Assembly (NCBI GenBank): GCA_020161215.1 | Contig: JAIUOM010000001.1 | Coordinates: 23,170-87,169 of the forward strand | Length of the DNA: 64,000 nt | From: Pseudomonadota bacterium | GTDB taxonomy: Bacteria > Pseudomonadota > Gammaproteobacteria > Burkholderiales > Burkholderiaceae_C | Direction: 5' to 3' | In this document: positions 38,826-48,200 of the stretch, in pieces | Layout: the number at the start of each line of letters is the position of its first letter | Numbering within the stretch: position 1 is the first letter of the stretch | Program-made: the position numbers and the translations under genes | The notes under the pieces: model-generated | Told to the model about the DNA's origin: nothing | Seen by the model: the letters and a program-made list of their open reading frames with translations, nothing else | Database searches by the model: none

Positions 38826-39401
38826 ATGCTCACTCCGACCACTTCCCTCGAAGCCGTGAATCAGATGCTGGGAACCATTGCGGAGTCCCCAGTGAACTCC
38901 CTGGTGGGGACGGAATCGGTGGATGCGCTCACCGCCCAAGCCGTGCTCACCGAGGCGTCCAGGGACCTCCAGATGCACGGTTGGCCCTTCAACACAGAAT
39001 CCGGTTACCCGCTCCCCGCGACCGTGGACGGCGAAGTTGCCCTCCCCCTCAATTGCCTGTTCGCGGACTCCTTCGGCCCTGATCGGGACCTCGACCTCGT
39101 GCAGCGCGGTAGCCGCCTCTACGACCGGGGCAACCACACGTTCAAGGTTGGCCGTTCGGTCACCGCTGAAATCACCTTCATGTTGCCCTTTGAGGAGCTT
39201 CCCGAAGCGGCCCGGCGTTTCGTCGCCGTACGTGCCAGCCGCCTGTTCCAGAAGCGGGTGACCGGCTCCCAGACCTTAGATGGGTTCACTGCGGAGGACG
39301 AGGCCGTTGCCTTACGCGCGTTCCGTAGGGTGATGGGGCAATCGTCAGATCCAAATTTCTTCAATTCCCCGGACATGCGCCGGGCTCTCTCTAGGAGGTA
39401 A
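38826..39401 (+). CDS. Tail tubular protein A (gp11-like)
   Basis: 191 aa, position and N-terminus LEAVNQMLGTIAESPVNSL typical of gp11 homologues. Confidence 0.75.
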   Translation: MLTPTTSLEAVNQMLGTIAESPVNSLVGTESVDALTAQAVLTEASRDLQMHGWPFNTESGYPLPATVDGEVALPLNCLFADSFGPDRDLDLVQRGSRLYDRGNHTFKVGRSVTAEITFMLPFEELPEAARRFVAVRASRLFQKRVTGSQTLDGFTAEDEAVALRAFRRVMGQSSDPNFFNSPDMRRALSRR

Positions 39402-39404
39402 CTC

Positions 39405-41819
39405 ATGCTCATCACCTCAAGCATCCCTAACCTGATCGGCGGGGTCTCCCAACAGCCCGAGCTGCTGCGCCTGCCGTCTCACCTGAAGGAGCAAGTGAAC
39501 TGCCTGAGCACGCCGTCCCGAGGGTTGACCTGTCGATTCGGTACGGATCACCTCGGGGTGGTGCAGGCCAACTTCACCAGCTACCAGGAGGGAGGCCATA
39601 CCGTGGTCCTGGATTACGGGGCCACCGGGGTCTACCTGCTGAACACCTCTCCCAGCGGGGATGTGGCAATGGCGAACGCCAAGACAGGGGAGAACCTGCC
39701 CATCTACGGACCCACAGGCCAACTGGGTAGCAACATCCCGTACACCTCGTGCGCGAACCCTGCTGACAGCATCAAAGTCATCAAGGAGGCGGACACCACG
39801 TTCCTGGTCAACAACGCGGTGGTGGTCGCGGAGCAGTCCGCCCCTGCCCACGCTTCCGCTTGGCCTGCCCTATTGTGGGTCAAGGCGGGCAACTACGGCC
39901 GCTCATACACGGTCTCCGTGCCGGGCTATGGCGTTTACTCCTACACCACCCCAGACGGCGGTAGCGCCTCTCACAGCCGCCTCACAAACACCACGGTGAT
40001 TGCAATGGTGCTCTACGAGTTGTTGGGCAACACCCGCCCAGCTTCGGGCGTTACTGAAGATGGAGGAGCGTGGTCAGGCCCTGGCGTAGCCGTGCCCGGC
40101 GTGTCCCTGCGCGGCTCCGTGCTCTCTTTCACAGCCGGACCAGCCGGCACCGTGGTTGACGATGGGACGGGAGGCAGTGGGATGAGCTACGTGTCCCACA
40201 CGGTGCGATCCGTTGGTGAGCTTCCCAGCCGCAACGCAGCGCCTGGTTTCTTCGTGAAGGTTGAAGGCGGCGACTCGTCAGCGGCCGGCGACCACTACCT
40301 CCAATACAACGAGGCGGCGAGTTCCTGGGAGGAGACCCAGAACCCCCTGGAGCCTGTGAGCGGCCTGAACCCAGACACCCTCCCCGTGATGATTCAACCC
40401 TACAGGGACGGTATTCAGTGGCGGTCCTGCCCCTGGGCGGGGCGCAAGGTCGGGGATAGTAAATCAAACCCCAAACCGGGGTTCGTCGGCAAGCGGATCA
40501 ACGACCTGTTTTTCTTCCAGGATCGCATGGGCCTCCTATCAGGCGAAGGCTGCGATATCTCCGAGACCAGTGAGTATTTCAACTACTACCGCACGTCCGT
40601 TATCAACCTGCTGGACTCGGACCCTGTAAGCGTCACCGTCAACCACCCGAAGGTGTCCACGCTGTTCTACGCGGTCCCGTTCAATCGCCGCCTATTGTTC
40701 TTCTCGGGCCGCGCTCAATTTGAGCTGACGATGGGTGACTACCTGAGCCCAGCCAATGCAGGGACCCGCCAGCTCACTGAGTTCGAGAGCCGCCCGACAG
40801 TACGCCCCACCGGGCTTGGCAACAGCCTCTACTTCCCAGCAGACAAAGGGGACTTCTCAGCTTTCTATAACTACTTCGTGTCTGGAGTGGACGCCCAGGA
40901 GGATGCCGTAGACATCACCGGCCACATCCCGGCCTACATCCCCTACGGAGTCGCCATCCTCCGAGCGTCAGCGGCCAACAATATGTTGCTGACCTATACC
41001 TACGCGGGGGAGCGCAACAGCATCTACGTTTACCAGTTCTACCAGGACGGAAGTCAACGCCTTCAGAGTGCTTGGCACCGCTGGGATATGGGCGGTCTGG
41101 TGCAGGCCATGGAAGTGGTAGGAACAACCCTCTACCTGGCAGTCGAACGGGATGGCCTAACGTGCGCCGAAAAGGTGGAGCTGAACTCCGCATTTGACTC
41201 CATCCGGGTGGACCGTAAGGCGTCCTACTCCGGCCCCAAATTGACCGTAACAGGGGCTGGCTGGCAGGCAAAGACAACCGCACACCTGGACTACAGCGCC
41301 AGCCCCACTGCGGTGTACTGGGTCACCACCCATGCGGCCACCGCTCAGTACCCAGCCGGGTCCATCTTGCGCGGGGAGGTGTCCCCCAGTGGCCTGGAAG
41401 TGGTTTTCGCTGGAGACCACGCAGCCAACTCCGTCACCATCGGGGAGGCTATTCCGTGGTCGGCCACCTTGGGCCGCTTCATCCTACGCGAGGAGTCCGG
41501 CAACGGCTCTGCTGGGGTGTCACGGGGGCGAACCCAGGTAAACCGCCTGTGGATCAACCACGACGACTGGGGCCTGTTCACAGTGACCGTGGATCAGGTG
41601 GGCCGCGAGCCTCGCACCTACAAATCGTCAGGCCGTCAACTGGGAACTTCGACAGCCAACATCGGAGCCCTTCAACCTGGGCCTGGGAGGTTCGCAGTTC
41701 CCGTGCGGGGCCGCAACACCGACGTGGAAGTCACCATCTCGGGGGCAACCCCACAGGGGCCGGCTCTGCTGAGCGTCGATTGGGAGGGATACCACGTCTC
41801 AAGGGGTCGCCGTGTTTGA
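39405..41819 (+). CDS. Tail tubular protein B (gp12-like)
   Basis: 804 aa. The N-terminus NLIGGVSQQPELLRLPSH is characteristic of gp12 homologues. Confidence 0.8.
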   Translation: MLITSSIPNLIGGVSQQPELLRLPSHLKEQVNCLSTPSRGLTCRFGTDHLGVVQANFTSYQEGGHTVVLDYGATGVYLLNTSPSGDVAMANAKTGENLPIYGPTGQLGSNIPYTSCANPADSIKVIKEADTTFLVNNAVVVAEQSAPAHASAWPALLWVKAGNYGRSYTVSVPGYGVYSYTTPDGGSASHSRLTNTTVIAMVLYELLGNTRPASGVTEDGGAWSGPGVAVPGVSLRGSVLSFTAGPAGTVVDDGTGGSGMSYVSHTVRSVGELPSRNAAPGFFVKVEGGDSSAAGDHYLQYNEAASSWEETQNPLEPVSGLNPDTLPVMIQPYRDGIQWRSCPWAGRKVGDSKSNPKPGFVGKRINDLFFFQDRMGLLSGEGCDISETSEYFNYYRTSVINLLDSDPVSVTVNHPKVSTLFYAVPFNRRLLFFSGRAQFELTMGDYLSPANAGTRQLTEFESRPTVRPTGLGNSLYFPADKGDFSAFYNYFVSGVDAQEDAVDITGHIPAYIPYGVAILRASAANNMLLTYTYAGERNSIYVYQFYQDGSQRLQSAWHRWDMGGLVQAMEVVGTTLYLAVERDGLTCAEKVELNSAFDSIRVDRKASYSGPKLTVTGAGWQAKTTAHLDYSASPTAVYWVTTHAATAQYPAGSILRGEVSPSGLEVVFAGDHAANSVTIGEAIPWSATLGRFILREESGNGSAGVSRGRTQVNRLWINHDDWGLFTVTVDQVGREPRTYKSSGRQLGTSTANIGALQPGPGRFAVPVRGRNTDVEVTISGATPQGPALLSVDWEGYHVSRGRRV

Positions 41820-42270
41820 CAAGCCCCACACCCGGCTGGCTACCCCGGACGACGCCGCTGAGCTGGCCGTGACCATGCGGGACGCCGACCTCAGGGAACT
41901 CGCTTTGGGCTCCCATTCAGGCCCTTACGACGCCTTGATGCGGGGCTTGGTGTACTCCGCTGAGGCACGCGCCGTTGTGACTGCTGAGGGAGAGGTGGCA
42001 GCAATCTACGGGGTGGTCCCCCAAGGCCACGGCAGGGGCTCCCCGTGGTTGCTGGGGGCGGACTGCATTCAGGACATCGCCGTGCCGTTCCTGCGCGGCT
42101 CGCGCTCCGTGGTCGCAGAGATGCACCTCAAGTACCCCCTGCTGCACCACCAAGTCTGGGAGGGCAACACGCTGCACGTCCGCTGGCTTCGCTGGCTTGG
42201 ATTCACCGTCGAGCCTTCCCCCACCACCCGCCCCAATTTCCTTAACTTTTGGAGGACCAACCATGTGTGA
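41812..42270 (+). CDS. Internal virion protein at the gp13 position (Gp13/acetyltransferase-like fold suspected)
   Basis: GTG start overlapping the gp12 stop. The pattern ATPDDAAELAVTMRDADLRE...AIYGV...SPWLLG recalls Gp13-like virion proteins. Confidence 0.5.
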   Translation: MFDKPHTRLATPDDAAELAVTMRDADLRELALGSHSGPYDALMRGLVYSAEARAVVTAEGEVAAIYGVVPQGHGRGSPWLLGADCIQDIAVPFLRGSRSVVAEMHLKYPLLHHQVWEGNTLHVRWLRWLGFTVEPSPTTRPNFLNFWRTNHV

Positions 42271-42769
42271 ACCGGCCCTTATTTCCGCCGGCCTGTCTAT
42301 CGCCGGGACAGCTCTAGGCGTGAACGCCCAGGCTCGTGCCGCATCGGCCCAGAACGAGGCCATCAACAAAGCCACCGTAGACAACTACTCGGCACTAAAC
42401 CGCCAAGGCGTGGAGGATCGTGAGAACGCCTCCGTCGAGCAAACCAAGATCAAGAACGACACCGAGTCCCGGACGGCATCGGCCCGAGCTGCTGCTGCCG
42501 GCGCCGAGGTAGGCGGTCTTAGCGTTGACGCCCTGCTGCTCGACTTGGCAGGCAAGGGTTTGGAGGCCGGCACCACGTCCGACATCAATTACACCCGCTC
42601 AGCGCAAGCCCGCGCCGACCAAGCAGAGGCGCTGCGCCGGGGCGCTGTGTCCCAGAAAGCCGCCATACGCGATGTAGGCGTGGCTGAATACCTGGGCGCC
42701 GGACTCCAGATAGCCAACACCGGCCTGAACTACGTGAATAAGCGCAAAGCGGCGCGGGGAGGTATCTGA
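42263..42769 (+). CDS. Internal virion protein (gp14 position)
   Basis: 168 aa, N-terminal hydrophobic segment; GGAGGA RBS before the ATG at 42263. Confidence 0.55.
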   Translation: MCEPALISAGLSIAGTALGVNAQARAASAQNEAINKATVDNYSALNRQGVEDRENASVEQTKIKNDTESRTASARAAAAGAEVGGLSVDALLLDLAGKGLEAGTTSDINYTRSAQARADQAEALRRGAVSQKAAIRDVGVAEYLGAGLQIANTGLNYVNKRKAARGGI

Positions 42770-45108
42770 TGCAGAACCGCGCCCCCACCGACAACCAGTT
42801 CGGGCAAGAGCGTTTGCGCACCCAGGCCCAGCCGGTGTTCACCACCGAGCAGCAGCCCGGCGCCCGCTACGAGGGGCTGGCAAAGGTCTTCGCCCAAGGG
42901 GAACTCCTGGCGCAACAGGCTCAGGCAACCAAGGACCACACCGACCGGGGCCGCGCCCAGCAATATGCCAACTCGATGACGGTGGCAGAGCTGGGCAAGA
43001 AGGTCCGTAACCAGGAGCTGATGGCCTCCGACTCCCCCGTGTTCGCCGCCACCCTCCAGAACATCTGGGGGGGTAACGCAGCCGCAGCCCTTGAGCGGGA
43101 CGTTCTATCCAAGATCGGCACAGGGGAGATGACCTTCAACAGCCCAGAGGAGATGGACAACTACCTCACCGAGCAGCGGAACACCACGCTGTCGGGACAA
43201 TCCCAGTACGCCGCTGCGGGGTTCGATAAGGGGCACGACCAGATGCGCCAGAAGTTCATGGCAGCAGCCTCCCAGGAGCGCGACAAGCGGCTGGTCACAC
43301 AGGCCACCAACGAGGTCACCGACAGTCTGGCGAACACCCTCATCACGGTGACGGGAAGCGACTTCAAGGGGAGCCAGCAGGACGCCGCCAAGACCATCCT
43401 GAGTCAGTACCAGAAGCTGCGCCAAGGCACCCACATGCCCGGCAGGGCCGCTGAAGGTGCCCTCAAGGAGGTCATCACCCGCGCAGCGCTAAGCGGTCAC
43501 ACGGAACTCGTTGAATCCCTGGTGGACTCCGAGCTGCCCGGCATCGGCACCATCCGCAACCTCCTGGGCGAGGCCCCCACGGCAACCCTGCTGGCTCAAG
43601 CAACGAACAAGAGGGACCAATCGCTGCGCCAAGATATCGACGTGCAGCTCCGGGACTTCTACCGTGACGCAGACGAGGGTCGCCTCAGCGTCGAGAAGCT
43701 GGACACCTTCGCCAACGTCAACGAGAAGTACCTGACCACACCGCAGTACATGAGTCTGTTGCACGCCAACCGAGCAGCCCAAGCCCGGCAGGAGGAGGTA
43801 CGGCAGAGGGTCACCAAGCAAGGCGCCATTGACGGGTCCGTCTGGGGTGCCGAGCAAGCCGTCCGGGCCGCTGTGTCGTCAGGCCAGTTGTGGACCCTCC
43901 GGGGCGCCGAACGGCCCCAGGTGCTGACCGCCACGGGTGGCCTGAAAGACTTCGACGTGGACCGCTTCGCTGCCCAGGAGGTGGCAAGCATGACCGCAGG
44001 GATGACCCCGGATAAAGCCTCGGCTGTGTGGGCTTCCAATGACCTGGAGAACCCCGACTGGAAGGCGCAGTTCTCGGCTGGCCTGATGAACTTCTCGTCC
44101 CTTGCTGGGGCCACCCCCGGCAAACCAGTGGGTGAGTTGAACAGCGCCGCGATGGACTCCATTAAGCTGTTCGAGCAGGTCAACCGGCAACAGCCCCGCT
44201 ACCTCAAGAACATGCTGGGCGAAAAGTCGTATGAGCAGTACGAGAACGTCAGCATCTTGATGTCTGGCGGGATGCCACCCAACACTGCCGCAGCTATGGC
44301 CGCGAACGTGGACCGAAACGACATCCTGAGCGACCACACGCGGGGCCTTGTCAAGCAAGTGCAGGCGGACACCGCCAAGATGCTGGCCGAGCCCTTCTAC
44401 AAGTGGGGCTGGGTGCAGAGAATGTTCGGGACCAACACCACCGGGAACTCCGTCCAAGTCGCCAGTCGGCTGGGCCGGATTACCGAGCTAATGGTCCGAT
44501 CCGGCATGTACCCGGACCTGGAGTCCGCCCGCAAGAGCGCTGGTGAGTACCTAGCGAGCCCGGCCGTGAGCGTCAAAGTCAACGGCTTTGTCTACATGCG
44601 GACGGAGCTGCCCAAGGCCCCACCGGGGGAGGCTCCCGAATACTGGTTCGAGAAGTTCATTGACGATGTGGTCAAGCCGGAAGCTCTCAAGCACCCCGGC
44701 ATCAAGGCCAGCGAAGTGAACCTCGTGTGGTCCCCTGCGGACAACGCTTACCGGGCTTTCGCGGCCGGTGTCCCGCTCACGGGAGATGGCTGGCACCAGC
44801 TCACTTACCGAGCCGCAGACATCGAGCGGCGCACTTTCACCGAGCGAGAGCAACGGATCAATTCCGCCGCTGTGGCTGGTGAGAAACGCCTGAGCGGTCA
44901 GGCCGAACAGGACTCCTACGGGGCCTGGAGAGCCGCGCGTGAACTGGAGATGGCCAAGAGTTACCAGCTTCGCTACGGCCAGCCGGGATTCCACAGCCGC
45001 ATCCTGTCCCTGGACGCCTATCGCCGCGCTGTGGCGGACGGCAACGAAGCCAAGAACCTGGACGAGTTGGAGCGGCTGTATCCGCCCCGCCGCCGCCCTA
45101 CCAAGTAA
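42769..45108 (+). CDS. Internal virion/core protein (gp15 position)
   Basis: 779 aa, position and size. Confidence 0.6.
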   Translation: MQNRAPTDNQFGQERLRTQAQPVFTTEQQPGARYEGLAKVFAQGELLAQQAQATKDHTDRGRAQQYANSMTVAELGKKVRNQELMASDSPVFAATLQNIWGGNAAAALERDVLSKIGTGEMTFNSPEEMDNYLTEQRNTTLSGQSQYAAAGFDKGHDQMRQKFMAAASQERDKRLVTQATNEVTDSLANTLITVTGSDFKGSQQDAAKTILSQYQKLRQGTHMPGRAAEGALKEVITRAALSGHTELVESLVDSELPGIGTIRNLLGEAPTATLLAQATNKRDQSLRQDIDVQLRDFYRDADEGRLSVEKLDTFANVNEKYLTTPQYMSLLHANRAAQARQEEVRQRVTKQGAIDGSVWGAEQAVRAAVSSGQLWTLRGAERPQVLTATGGLKDFDVDRFAAQEVASMTAGMTPDKASAVWASNDLENPDWKAQFSAGLMNFSSLAGATPGKPVGELNSAAMDSIKLFEQVNRQQPRYLKNMLGEKSYEQYENVSILMSGGMPPNTAAAMAANVDRNDILSDHTRGLVKQVQADTAKMLAEPFYKWGWVQRMFGTNTTGNSVQVASRLGRITELMVRSGMYPDLESARKSAGEYLASPAVSVKVNGFVYMRTELPKAPPGEAPEYWFEKFIDDVVKPEALKHPGIKASEVNLVWSPADNAYRAFAAGVPLTGDGWHQLTYRAADIERRTFTEREQRINSAAVAGEKRLSGQAEQDSYGAWRAARELEMAKSYQLRYGQPGFHSRILSLDAYRRAVADGNEAKNLDELERLYPPRRRPTK

Positions 45109-45130
45109 GCCATTCCGGCTTCCCCCTCAA

Positions 45131-45157
45131 GCCGCCTTCGGGCGGTTTTTCTTTTTC
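45131..45157 (+). terminator. Hairpin-TTTTTCTTTTT element
   Basis: ccgcc-ttcg-ggcgg followed by tttttcttttt. Confidence 0.45.
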
Positions 45158-45207
45158 TAAACCACGGCCACCTTCGGGTAGCCGGCTATTCAAAAGGAGG
45201 AGCACCC

Positions 45208-48200
45208 GTGTCGAATTACACGAGGGACCAAATCCGTCGAATCACTCTCGATTCAGAGAAAAAATACGGCCTGCCCAAGGACACCTTGTTCAAGATCGCA
45301 GGCATTGAGTCCAGCTACCGCCCCGGACAGCGGAGCCACACAGGTGCCCAAGGCTGGTTCCAATTTATGCCGGCAACGGCCAAACAGTACGGGCTGACCA
45401 ACCCTGACGACCTCACCCAATCCGCCGACGCTGCTGGCCGGTTCATGAAGGACCTGCTGGGACGCCACGACGGGAATATGGACGAGGCCCTGGCCTACTA
45501 CAACGGAGGCCACAAGGCTGTCGCGGCGCTACGTGGTGGCAAGCCGTGGGCGGAAACCTCGGACTACCTGTCCAAGTTCAACGGAGGTCGCGCAGGTGCC
45601 CCGGCAGCTCCCGCCGAAGTAGCCCCAAAGCCGGCTCTCGGGCGCCAGTTCACGGAGCTTGAAACCGTCCCCTCCACCCAAGGCCCCTCCAATACCCAGC
45701 TCGCCTTCCAACAACGCCAGCGCGAAGATGAGTTCGGTGGGGTCTCTGGCTTCGCTGGCAATGTGCTTGGCGCCGCTCGTCTGGGTTTCGAGACGCAGAA
45801 CACAGCTTGGAACTGGTTCAAAGACCGGGCCGTTGAAGATGTCGGGGAGCCCCTTGATTGGAACTCAGCGCTCGCCAAGGACACCCTGAATCAGTTCCCC
45901 GAGCGGCACTGGGGTTACCTCAGCGAAGCCGGCACGGTCAAGGGTCTGGAGATGCGCTCAGCACGGCTGGCCGAGACGATGGCCCAGGAGCAGAAGCTGG
46001 GTGAGATGGGCCTGCCCCTGGCGCTGACTGGCGGGATCGTGGGTGGCCTACCCGACATCCCGACTTTGATTGGCGCCTTGCCGGGTATGGGCGGTGCGGG
46101 CCTGCTCACCAAGACCAGCCGCCTCGCCAACCTCGTTCGTTCGGGAGCGTGGGGCGCAGCTACGAACGTTGCCATCGACGCCGTGGGCGATCAATACCGC
46201 CCCACAGCTACCCCAGACGACCTGTGGATGTCCGCCCTGTTCGGCGCTGCTGTGGGGGGCGTAGCAGGCTCGTTAGCCAAAGTGCGTGCCCCAGCGCTGG
46301 CGAAGGAACTCAGAGACCTGGACGGTCACCTAGGCAAACAGGCCAGGGACGCCATGGAGCGAGAGGCGATAGAAGGTGGCCTGGAGCCGGCCCCGCCTCG
46401 CATCACCCCTGAGAAGCCGCTGGAAAAGACCCCGGAACCCGTCCCTGAGCACGCCCCCGATGGGACACCCCAGCCGGGCTCCCTGAAGGGGCCTGAAGGG
46501 CTTGCGGGGGGTGACCCTCCCCAACCCCCACGGGTAGCCAAAGAAGCCCCCACCGGCCCAGATGCGGCGCCTGACAAGGCCCCTGATGCTGCCCCGAGGC
46601 AAGACCCTTGGGAGGCTGAGTGGGACACGCCGCGCTACACGGAGGCCACCGGCACGGGCAAGGTTTTGGAGTTGCCCGCCCTGGACGATCCGGGGGCCAT
46701 GGCGAAGTACGTCATCCGGTTCTCACAGAACGATGACCTCGTGCGGGTCCTGAAGAAGTCCCTGGAGGCTATCGACATGCGGCGCCTGAAGTTCTCCGTT
46801 CTCGACCCCAAGAGGGCGGGCAACCTACGGCCATCGTCCAACCCGAAGAACCGGCTGGCCCCCGATATGTCCACCAAACTGGGGGGCGCTCTGGGCTTGA
46901 TGCGGAGCACCTACACGGCGGACGGGGTTGACTTGCAGTTAGCCCTGCGTGGGCGCGGCTGGGGCTCAGCACACGGCCTGACCGAGGACATATTTATCCA
47001 CGAGATGGTTCACGGCGCCACGGTCCACCGCTTTGAGCGCACGATGAAGGGCTGGGGGACTTCCAGGATGTCGTCCGACACCAAGCAAGCCTACCGCGAG
47101 CTGAATGACCTGTACGGCTTCGTGAAGAAGCACTCCAGAACCCGGTCGGATATCCCGAAGAACGCGGGCAACTACCTCAGCAACGCCAAGGAGTTCATCT
47201 CCTACGGCCTTACCGACCGGCGCTTCCAGGACTGGCTACGAAGCGTCAAGGTGCCAGGGTCCAAGACGACGCTGTGGACTCGTTTCACGTCTGGTCTCTC
47301 CAAGCTACTGGGGATCGCCAAGAAGGACACCCATGCACTGGCCCGCCTGATCGACTTGACGGACGCAATGATGTCCAAGAAGGGATTCGACACCCGGAAG
47401 AACCCCCGGCCAACCCTTCAACCGGCGAACAAGTTCGTTTCCGACGAGGAGGCAACAGCGGCTGCGAATGCTGACCTATCCCCTGTGTTTGGCTGGGGGT
47501 TGGGCCTGGAGCACCGCCTGGGCTCCGAGAAGATTCCCCCGAAGATTCGCAACCTCGCTGGAAAGCTGTTTGGCACTACGGTTGGGTACAAGGATCACGC
47601 TGTAGTCAGGGCCAACGTCTGGGATGACAGCGTTGCCCGCAGCGGTGGCTGGCAGGCGGATATGCGCAAGGTCGGATACACCAAGTTCCACGAGTGGTTC
47701 AAGAGCCAGAAGGACTTCCCCTGGCATCAGAAAGGGGTGGCATTCGAGCACTTCGGTGAGCAGGTGAACAACTACATCCGAGGCATCCCAGGTCAGTACG
47801 GCCCCGAGGTGATTGCGGCCGGACGCCACGCCCAGGACATCCTGGAAACGGTGGTGGATGAAATCAACAACCCCGCGATGCGCCGTGGCGGGAGCAAGCG
47901 TGGCCTGACAACGCAGGAGGTGACCGACGACCTGGGCAACACGATGTGGGTTGGCGAGCTGCAAAAGAACCGTAACTACCTCCCCCGCAAACACGACATC
48001 ATGAAGTGGAACGCTGCCATCCAGAAGTGGGGGGTGAGTGCGGTAGAGGACTGGTGGACCAACGCCTTCGCAAAAACGCACGGCCACATGCAACCGGAGT
48101 TTCACCGCCGCTTCGCCAAGTGGTACATGGACGCGGTTCAGGATGCCCACCTAAACCGCACGGAGTCGCATCTGGAGGACATGATGACGGGTGCTGATGA

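Noticed and set aside
38700-38830. Possible T7-style -1 frameshift extension of the capsid gene (10A/10B).
   Set aside because: There is no slippery heptamer near the stop, no extended alternative frame, and the stop is followed directly by a terminator-like hairpin.
41812-42270. A second acetyltransferase gene (the gp13-position protein).
   Set aside because: The resemblance is only to the remembered Gp13-like virion-protein pattern, and no clear acetyl-CoA motif (Q/RxxGxG/A) is visible. It is kept as an internal virion protein.
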